Source: Eledone cirrhosa (Eukaryota). Taken from it: a stretch of DNA of 64,000 nt. The stretch covers positions 55,738,001 through 55,802,000 of the forward strand of contig OZ024744.1 of assembly GCA_964016885.1 (NCBI GenBank), written 5' to 3'. Both the position numbers and the translations under genes were made by a program. Positions 55,130 through 64,000 of this stretch are shown piece by piece (the first letter of the stretch is position 1; every line of letters begins with the position of its first letter). The notes beneath the pieces are model-generated. The model had not been told where the DNA came from. It made no database searches and saw only the letters and a program-made list of their open reading frames with translations.

Positions 55130-57050
55130 CTTGCATGAGTTGAATGTGTCATTTTCAGCTCAACAACTGAGATCAGCTCTTTCCAGGTCTTCCTCTATTG
55201 CACCTTCTTTCCACTAAGATTTCTTCACACACTGATCATTATCCATGTGCATCATATGTCCCTACAAGCAGTCTTCTCTTCTGTTCATTTTTCTCTTATA
55301 CTCAGTTCCTCCATGCTTTGCCATTTAAGCACATTAACATTGCACATCTATCAAAGCATGCTCTCTTTATTTCTCTCTAGCCGTCACATATCCTCTACAG
55401 TCATTGCCAATGTTTTACTACCATGCAGCATTGCACATCCCTCACAGTCATCATACAGCTGACCTTTTGTTCATAAAGAGAACACTTTTGTAACTCTCTA
55501 AATTTCTTCCATCCTGTTCTTATTCTAGCTACTATGCTCTAGCATCACCCTCTTATGCTGTTAATTAGGTCACCTAGATAGCAAAAGCTATAAACAACTT
55601 CTATAGGTCCAACCTGGGATTGAAAAAGGTTTATATCACTGAAACTCGTACTATCAATTTTCTCTTAACATCTATTATATACAGTCTGTCTTTCTTGTTA
55701 GTCTGTCTGTTATCCCTCCACACCTCTTATGTATCCAAGATTTACATTGTGTTCACAGTACAGAGTTTCTATCTAATCCTTTTCTGTATGTTGACCAAGG
55801 CCATTTCCCTGATGGAATCAGGGCCTTGTCTTCTTTACTGCTTACCAACACTTTAGTTTTTTTCTTTCCAGCCAGAACTTATTCTCTAGTTCTTTTATGA
55901 ATTCAGATTTAAAGACCAGATCATCAGCATCGAGAAATTCCCTCAGGCAATCACTCTTAAATACCTCTGTTATGGCCTAAAGGACTATAATAAACAGAAG
56001 TGGGCTGAGAACTGAGCCCTGGTGTACATCTACCTGTACTTTGAATTCCTCACTAAAGTCACTTTCTACTCTCACTTTACTGACAGCTTATCTGTACAAG
56101 GCTTGCACTGTTCTCACAAGTCATTCTTTCTACATCTAGTTTTCTTAATACCACCAGATGACAGATTGTGGTACTCTGCCAAAGGCCTTCTCTAGATCAA
56201 CAAAAGATAGATATATGGGCTTACTTTTAGCTAGGAATTTTCTTGTAATTGTCTCTTTAAGAAGAAGGCATCTAAGGTGATTTTCCATGGCATGAAACTG
56301 AACTGCATTTCATCAAATTTGAATTTGAATTTTTTCCCAATTAGTTGAACTCTTTCTATCACTTTCATAAGTTGATCCATTGGCTTTGTGCCCCTACAGT
56401 TTCTCCTCTCTAGAGCATCACTTTTTTCCTTATAGTAATTTTTTACTGTACTGCTGCACCAGTCATTGGGTTTGACTTTGTCCTGTGTTACCTGATTGAT
56501 TATGTGTGTGACACCAATTTCTCCCGATGCCTTTAGCATCTCAGCAATCTATCCCTGATGGTCCTGCAGCTTTACAATTTTTCATTTCCTTGATTTCTTC
56601 TTTGGGCCTATAACTATCAACTTTGATAGTTGGTCTCTCTGTTAGGGTAATCTCCCTTTCTCTTATTCATTCTCCACATTCATCAGCCTCTCATAGTAAC
56701 ATTTCCAAGCCTCTTTCTTTTGGCATCAGTGATGCTGAGTTCACTGGCATCCTTATTTTGAACATATTTTTCCCACACAACATCCTGATTCACACTTAAA
56801 CATTGCCTTGCAATGCGAAACACCTCACATCTTTGATCTTCAACATTCGCAAACCTTCTTTCAATTTCTTTTCGTGCTATGTATACTTGTCATCTATCTT
56901 CTCTCATAGCTACCTGGTACTGGTTATTGCTACCCCCAGTTTTCCAGTCTTTCCACACCTGTCTCTTGTCCTTAATTGTTCTATCGACTGTGTTGTTCCA
57001 CCACCAGGTCACCTTCTGTCTTGCTGGTGCTTAGCTCCAGCCACAAGTCA
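55130..57050 (-). mobile_element. Old degraded RTE LINE, tail-to-tail with the previous copy
   Basis: ORF 56231..56539 (MLKASGE, NDWCSS, DEMQFSF); minus-strand FVDLEKAF and VHQGSVLSP. Confidence 0.82.
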
Positions 57051-57129
57051 CATCAGTAGTCTGTAGTAGATTATATAAGAATTTCCGTTGTCCTCTATGT
57101 CATCTCCACTCTCATGATATATGATATAT

Positions 57130-57530
57130 ATATATATGGTGGCTGCCAACTCGTTTTCGAGTACGGCCGCTACTTTATATCCATGTAGGAGAACCCCTAC
57201 CGATGCGCTGAACGAGTGTGACTTTTTAGTCCAGCCAGCGACAAGAAAACTCTGGTACAAACACTGCACTTGTGACAATTATTGACACATAGTGCTGGGC
57301 CCATGGTATCATATGACGACAAGTGCAGAGAGATCTCCAGAGCCGTGAAGCTTTTATAGTGAGCAAAGGCACTGCACAAAGCCAGTCCCACTCTCTTAAC
57401 CAAGATGATATTTACCAAAAAGAACAAGTCAACATCATTGGATACCATCAGGGTTGCAGGTGTTATATCAGAGTTTTCCTTCTCCTAGAATTCTGCCTTG
57501 ACAAAGGCTAAGGGGTCATCTCTCCCGGAT
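57130..57530 (-). mobile_element. Probable LINE remnant with C-terminal C2H2 finger
   Basis: HKCSVCTRVFLSLAGLKSHTRSAH just before the stop, resembling the C-terminal finger of some RTE-type ORFs. Confidence 0.45.
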
Positions 57531-57571
57531 ATATATATATACATACATACATACATATATACGTCCATATA

Positions 57572-58439
57572 TGGATGATATTTGTTTGCAATTTTCAACT
57601 GCTAATTTTATGCAAATTTTTTTTTACTTCCGTTGTCACTCTTGTCTTCATAAAAACAGTGACTATATTTCCATTATTTATTTTCAGAATAATTATTTAT
57701 GAATAATTTTGAACCTCCAAATTTGTGGAAGAAACAGAGTTCTTGGAATCCACGCCGGGAGGACAAATAAGGAAATTTCAGACTTTCTCAGCGTCAGCAG
57801 GAGAATGGTGTCTCATCCAAAGATGTGCCCAGAGTCATGCAAAGTTTCCAGCTACAACATTGGTCTTAGGTGTCGTCAGCAGTCAAGGTGACATCACGCC
57901 ACCTCACTTCTTCCCTGAGGGCCTCAAGCTGAACACCGATGGCTACATCCACGTTCTGAGTGAGGTAGTAAAGCCCTGGATCGACCAGGTAGCTGCAGGT
58001 AGGCCGTACGTGTGGCAGCAAGACTCAGTGCCCTGCCATACCAGCCGAAAGACCCAAGCCTGGCTGTCAGAGAACTTCGTTGACCACACTTCACCTGACA
58101 TCTGGCCTCCCAGCTCGCCTGACTGCAACCTCCTCCACTTCTTTGTGTGGAGCGCAGTGGAACGAGACACCAACAGATCTAGTTGCAATACGAAAGACGA
58201 TCTGAAGGCCAGGATCACAATTGCCTTTAGGGGCCTAAGTCGGGAGACAGTGACGAAGGCCTGTAGCTGGTTCCGAGGCCGTCATTAAAGCCAATGGCGG
58301 GTTTATCGAGTGAGATCGAAAGAACAAGTCATGAAGACAAACTGACCCAAGTTTGATAAATATATCTTATAAAATAAAACTACTGTGTTATTTTTTCCTA
58401 GACAGTAATCTTGTGAACAAATATCGTCCACACCCTGTA
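57572..58439 (+). mobile_element. Tc1/mariner superfamily, maT-like (DD37D) internally deleted transposon
   Basis: ORF 57725..58288 has WQQDSVPCH...WPPSSPDCNLLH, with 37 residues between the second D and the third position (mutated to H). TIR remnants tggatgatatttgttt / gaacaaatatcgtccacaccctg-TA. Confidence 0.85.
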
Positions 58440-58874
58440 TATATGGATGTATAACACACACGTATAGCTCTACATAGAAAACGTTTTTTTTTCTGTTTTT
58501 TTTTTCCATTTCAGCTAGTCAGAAAATGTGAACAATTCTTTCTGTGTTGATTGCATAATCTTCTGATATTATGATCATAATAATCACAATGATATTTATT
58601 TTTAAACATTTGCTGTTAAAATCAGCTCTTCCGTTTCTGCTTTTAATCCATAGCTTTTGAGCCATTTTTGGCTTTCTCTCTTTTGTTGAGTCTTGCAGGA
58701 TATTGGCTACAGTCTATCTTTCTACTATATTTCTTCATTTAGTTTATTTTGGAGTTACATTTTTGATTTCGTATTCATTTGAATCTTTTTCAGTATAATT
58801 AGATTCCATTTTCTGTTTTAGTGTTTCATTATATTTATAAAGCAGAATGTTTTTCTTTTATTCTTTTTGTTTTT

Positions 58875-59112
58875 GTTTGAGTGGTGGTAGCAATTAGTTG
58901 TGGGATGAGAGCTGAGCGTACTCAGTGAGTTTGAGTGGTGGTAACAATTAGTTGTGGGATGAGAGCTGAGCGTACTCAGTGAGTTTGAGTGGTGGTAACA
59001 ATTAGTTGTGGGATGAGAGCTGAGTGTACTCAGTGAGTTTGAGTGGCAGTAGCAACTAGTTGTGGGATGACAGCTGAGTGTACTCAGTGAGTTTGAGTGG
59101 TGGTAGCAATTA
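58875..59112 (+). repeat. 54-bp tandem repeat, ~4.4 units
   Basis: Unit GAGTTTGAGTGGTGGTAACAATTAGTTGTGGGATGAGAGCTGAGCGTACTCAGT. Confidence 0.92.
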
Positions 59113-59114
59113 GG

Positions 59115-59320
59115 AGTTTGCAGATCCAGTATCCAAGATACACCTTTCGCTTCATACGCATCATTATTGGAGCTACGGGTTATATACCAACCCACTTGCA
59201 CCAAAGTATAACTGAACTTGAGTTGTGGACAAAGAGCGCAGCTCCCCAATTCATAGACTACAAATGGCTGCGATAGCTGGCACCTTCAAAATTTGCAAAA
59301 CATTCTCGCGATTCAAGGGA
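59115..59320 (+). mobile_element. 3' remnant of a further RLE-type LINE
   Basis: Translates to LQIQYPRYTFRFIRIIIGATGYIP, then after a frameshift LQMAAIAGTFKICKTF, resembling RLE C-termini. Confidence 0.55.
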
Positions 59321-59597
59321 TGAAGATTTCTTTTCTTTTACAACCTTGCCACCAGGAAGGTGGCCAGTCAAAAATGTACTCGAAATTAAGAAAAAGGGAA
59401 ATATAAATACATACATACCTACATATATACATACACACACACATATATACTGTATGTATATATATATAAACATTAGTTTACAAAACTAGAACAACTCCGT
59501 CCATCACTTACATACTCGATATTACAAGATTTGTACACTAAAATATACAAACTTATAAAACAAAGTACATGCATGCATACGTTATCAGTAAATAAAG

Positions 59598-59783
59598 AGG
59601 GCGGTGGATTGGCAGTATCGGTAGAGGGTCAGACACCATGCTTTCCAGCATAGTTACGTCCCTTTACGATCTGAGTTCAAATCCCGCCGAGGTTGACTTT
59701 GCCTTTCATCCTTACGGGGTCGATAAAATAAAGTATCAGTAATGCACTGGGTAATTGCTGGCCTTGTGCCTAAAGGAGAAACA
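59598..59783 (+). mobile_element. SINE-A full-length copy with 17-bp target-site duplication
   Basis: A and B boxes; GTTATCAGTAAATAAAG at 59581-59597 and 59784-59800. Confidence 0.9.
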
Positions 59784-59811
59784 GTTATCAGTAAATAAAG
59801 GTGTGGGTAAT

Positions 59812-60133
59812 GATCATCATCATTTTACGTCCGCTTATCCCTGCTTGCAAGGGTGGGACGGGAACTGATTCTGGCTTGATTTTTACAGCTGGATGCCCTT
59901 CCTAACACCAACCTCATTTACAGTGAGTGGCTGGGTGCTTTTTTTGCCGTGGCACCTCCATGACCACTTTGCAGTGGAATGATATGGACCCCAGTCCCTA
60001 TCATCTCATTTCTACAGCTGAGTAAACTGAAATAAAATGTCTTGCTCAAGGAAACAACACATCACACGGTCTGAGAATTGAATTCACAACCTTTCGATTG
60101 CAAGGCCAATGCTCTAACCACTAAGCCATGTGC
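59812..60133 (-). mobile_element. tRNA-derived CORE-type SINE-B with RTE-derived 3' end
   Basis: Minus strand has A box TGGCTTAGTGG, a B-box-like segment, CORE-like TTCCTTGAGCAAGACA, the internal unit, then cccgtcccacccttgcaagcaggg...gtaaaatgatgatg. Confidence 0.82.
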
Positions 60134-60722
60134 ATTCATATAAACCCAGACTATATATTTATATCGCTTGTCACAATCTGTTGTCATCTCTACCATAAAC
60201 TTCAGTTATTTGAGATCAGCTCTTATATATCTGCCTAGGTCTCCCTTGCTCTTCATCTACTGCAGCTTCCAACTGGGATTTCTTGACACTTCTTCACCCA
60301 GTGATCATACCAGTGCAGTCTTCTCTCCTACATCTGATTCCACTTAGTTCATCCATGCTTTGTTGTTCATGTATATTGATATAGCACATCAATTGAAGCA
60401 TGCCTGCTTTGTTTCTATCCAGTTGCCACTCCACCCTGTAAAGTGGTTGTGTTGGTAACCTGACAAAAAGTACTTGGTCAAAACTGAAAGGTGGCTGTGC
60501 TGATGATACGGTGAAAAAGGACCCAGTCCAGTATATCAGTCGATCATAAAGAGCATGCAGTTAATGATGTAAATGGGGTTGGCATTAGGAATGTCTCAGT
60601 CGTAGAAACCAAACCAGAAACAGTTCTCTATGAGTACGACTTGTCTCATAACAGGACAACTCGTCTAACCCATGCTAGCTTAATAAATAGATGCTAAACA
60701 GTGGTGATGATGATCATATATT

Positions 60723-61882
60723 TACCAAGTTGAGTAAAAAGTTTTTTAATTTTCACTGATGATTTTTAGTAACTTTTATCTCTCTTTTATGATTAATTTG
60801 ATAAATTTGTTGTCCAATCGTTGCTGAGTTGTTCATTCTATATTTTCATATATAACAAACATTAACTGTTTATTATTTATTTTACAACTTTGACAATGAG
60901 TGGTGAAAAAAAATTGCAATTAGAACCATTTTACGCTACCTGTAGAAAAACAGGACTGAGTACAAGGGAAGCAGCAAAAGAAATTAAACTTTGCGGAAGG
61001 CCCAGGAACTGTCAACAAATGTATGGTTCAGGTGTTTCAAAGAAGGCAACACCAGCCTTGAAGACAAACTAAGGTCAGAGGGACCTTCTGTTGTAAAAGA
61101 TGAAACCTTGCTTGAAATGGTTAAACAACAACCAAGCACAAGCACGCATACATAGTCAGCAGAACTTGTTCTTTCACAAAACACCATCAATTGACATTTC
61201 CATAAGCTCAGCTTTGTGAACAGAAGTACCTCATGAAATGACGAATGACCAGGCTCAACGATGTGTGAACATTTTGCTTGGCGTCAAATTCAAACGGGGG
61301 ATGAAAAATGGATCTATTTTCATAATTCTAATGAGAGAAATCGATGGCTTTGTTCTGGTCAGGCTTCAGAACCTGCTGTCAAATAGAGAGATATGAACAG
61401 TAGGTCATGTGTGTTTTTTTCAAGGTTGTGTTCCACTTTGTGTTTGACCCAGATGGTCATACTGTGGATGCTGACCTTTATGTACAACAACAAGTATATG
61501 ATGCTTTGAAAGCTTGCGACCCAGCACTGATCAATTGAAGACACACACTATTACAGCACAAACTTAAGGAAGTTGAGGGTTGGAAGTGCTGCTTCACCCT
61601 GCCTACCATCCAGACCTTGCACTATCAGGTTACTACCTTTTCCAAGCCATGGCTCATTTCCTGTGCAGAAGTTCAACAATGTGGAAAACAGGTGTAAGGA
61701 GTTTTTTTCCTTCTAAACCAACCAAATGGTATAAGCTTGGAATAGAGCTTCTGGTACAACAATGGCAACAGAAAATAGAACATGTTGGGATATATTTTGA
61801 TTGATGAACGCTTTTTGTATGTAATATGTTTGAACTATTAAAGGTTGAAATACAAGAAAAACTGTATGACTCAACCTGCTAT
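60723..61882 (+). mobile_element. Decayed mariner (DD34D-type) transposon
   Basis: WFRCFKEGNTSLED, TGDEKW and EVLLHPAYHPDLALSGYYLF in broken frames; imperfect TIRs taccaagttgagtaaaaagttttt / aaaaactgtatgactcaacctgcta. Confidence 0.82.
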
Positions 61883-62149
61883 ATAACCACCTTATAGTGT
61901 GTACTGGGAGCTTTTTGCATGCTACCACTACTACCACTTTACAGGTAAGACTGGTTCCGTTTTTGTCATGGCACAAGCACCACCGCCTTACAGAGATTGG
62001 ATACTATTCGAAAATACTTGACAGCACATGAATTCGTCTGAATAAATGGAAAATATTGTAGAGAAATATTTGATAATGAAATTTTAATAAATAAAACAAC
62101 TATTTCCTTTTTAAATTTCCATAATGAAAATATTTACTAACAATGTTGG

Positions 62150-62385
62150 CACCACAAAATACATCAAGTAGACTCTGTAAAGTGGTATTGCTGGTGCCAC
62201 AATTAAAATGTATCTGGTTTACTTTGTAAAGTGGTAGTGCTGGTGCCACGCTAAAATGTATCCAGTATACTTTCTAAAGTGGTAGTGCTGGTATCGTGAT
62301 AAAATGTATCCAGTACACTTTCTAAAGTGTCATTGCTAAGGTCATGGTAAAATGTATTCAGTATATTCTGTAAAGTGGTTGACAT
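62150..62385 (+). repeat. Degenerate ~47-bp tandem repeat related to the SINE internal unit
   Basis: gtaaagtggtagtgctggtgccac..aaaatgtatccagtatacttt repeated about 5 times. Confidence 0.7.
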
Positions 62386-63510
62386 CCAGCCACATAAATC
62401 ATGCCTAGGGGGTCATAGTGTTTGACTCATGATCATAAGGTCATAGATTAAATTCCCATATGGAGCACTGCACTGTGTTCTTGAGCAAGAAGCTTCATTT
62501 CACATTGCTTGATGGGACAAAGGTCCCTATCATTAAAACACCCAAGAAACCTCATGAGATGCAACCTTGTAGAAGGCCAGCTCAACTTTTATAGGTATGA
62601 GCTGTAAATTTCATTTCTTTTCATTTTTCAAATATGGAAGTAATGAACAAAATGTGGTATCTTGTCCTGTATAGTCTTAGACTATAACGACCTATGTAAC
62701 CCATTCCAGTATGGAAAATGGATGCATGCAAAACGATGATGGTAATAAAATGTGCATTATTTTGATTATGTCTCTCATATCCTTCCATACCAACAATTCT
62801 TGAGATCAGTGTTTGCCAGTTATGCCACAGTTTGGACAATGGAGAAAATATAATATGAACAGACTGCCACACAGTCACTAGAAATAGCTGCTAAATCTCC
62901 CTAAAATAACACCTTACGGTCTTAAAAGAAAGTAAGGTACATTCGATACTGGTCCTACATACACTATGCCTGAATAAAGAAACAAATTGGTCACAACCAG
63001 AATGGATTTCATCATAAATCAGTTTGGTATGAGGAAGACTTGATGCTAATCAACAATGATAACACTATTAGCTGACTTTTCGACATGGTTAGTTGACCTG
63101 ATGGAAATAGTAATTGAATCTTCCCTAAATCATATACTGCCTCTGAAAAGAATACTGCTGTGTTATGCAGTTACTTTATTACTCAGCCATTTTCAATCAA
63201 GAACTAGACAAAGCCTCAACAACCATGTTGGTTTTAGGCCTGCCTGTTGACATAAGACAGACAGGCTTTGGAATTAGAACTCAGAATATAAAAGATATTT
63301 ACTGTAAGGAAACTTGTCTGATGCTTTAACAACATGGCTATCCACAATCCTGGGCTGGTATTTTATTCATCAACTCCAAAGTGAATACAAGCGGCCAAAA
63401 TGGGGTCCTTCCAAAGGGTCTTTGGAGTAACTTTACTCAATAGTGTGCGTAGCTCAGAGATCACAGCTCCTATATTACAAATATGTGGATGAAAAATAGG
63501 CAGGCAAATT

Positions 63511-63672
63511 TTATGGGCAAAACCAACCGGCCAGAGACCCAGGGTTAGACACCGAGCAAGATGGTTGGATAACATCCATGAGCTGGGCTGGTCTCACCAG
63601 ATCAGTTGAAGACGGTTGCTTCTGACAGGACCTGCTGGAAGGAGCACTTGAGCACAGCCCCCACAGCACTCC
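63511..63672 (-). other. Possible host exon downstream of a strong splice acceptor
   Basis: Minus-strand long polypyrimidine tract ending ttttcaccag|G, followed by GC-richer unique sequence; no recognisable protein. Confidence 0.25.
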
Positions 63673-64000
63673 CTGGTGAAAAGAAAGAAAAAAGAGGAGG
63701 AGAAGAAAACAAAAGAAAAAAGTAGTAGTAGTTTGTTGCTTTGGATAATGTAGTAGCAATATTGTAGTACCACATATTTAAAAAAAGACAGGATGGTCTT
63801 GGCTAGAATGCCCTTGATTATAAATCAGCTTAATCAAGATAGGTGGCCTATGTCTAAACAATAACAAAAGAAGGGATTATACAAATACAACAAAAACAAC
63901 AATATTGCTTTGGTCTTGAACATGAAATTTATTTATCACAGAATACAGTTTCCGTATAATTCTGTTGTAGATATTATTTTTAATATATTTTATTTTAATA

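Noticed and set aside
57197-57290. Host C2H2 zinc-finger gene
   Set aside because: Single finger without TGEKP linkers, amid retroelement debris; more likely a LINE C-terminus.

Overview
Repeat-saturated, AT-rich eukaryotic DNA. The tRNA/CORE-SINE, RTE, R4/Dong-like and microsatellite content suggests an octopus or other coleoid genome; this is an inference. No confident host protein-coding gene was found. Main contents: a ~19 kb binary hexamer satellite (TACCAR)n; 40-, 48- and 54-bp minisatellites; several RTE-clade LINE fragments, two of them with a clear PHD finger inside the RT; and a 15-kb stack of R4/Dong-like RLE LINEs, a Tx1/L1 LINE, a CR1-group LINE and SINEs, joined mostly at (ATT)n tracts. 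Also present are two tRNA-derived SINE families, maT and mariner relics and a TTAA MITE. Most notable are two non-coding partial-tandem units (591 and 520 bp period) carrying type I hammerhead ribozyme motifs. One motif is apparently intact, with a U3-A8 core covariation and a palindromic stem III, which makes these units candidate Penelope-type pLTRs or large retrozymes. Element boundaries were read by eye and are approximate unless exact motifs are quoted.
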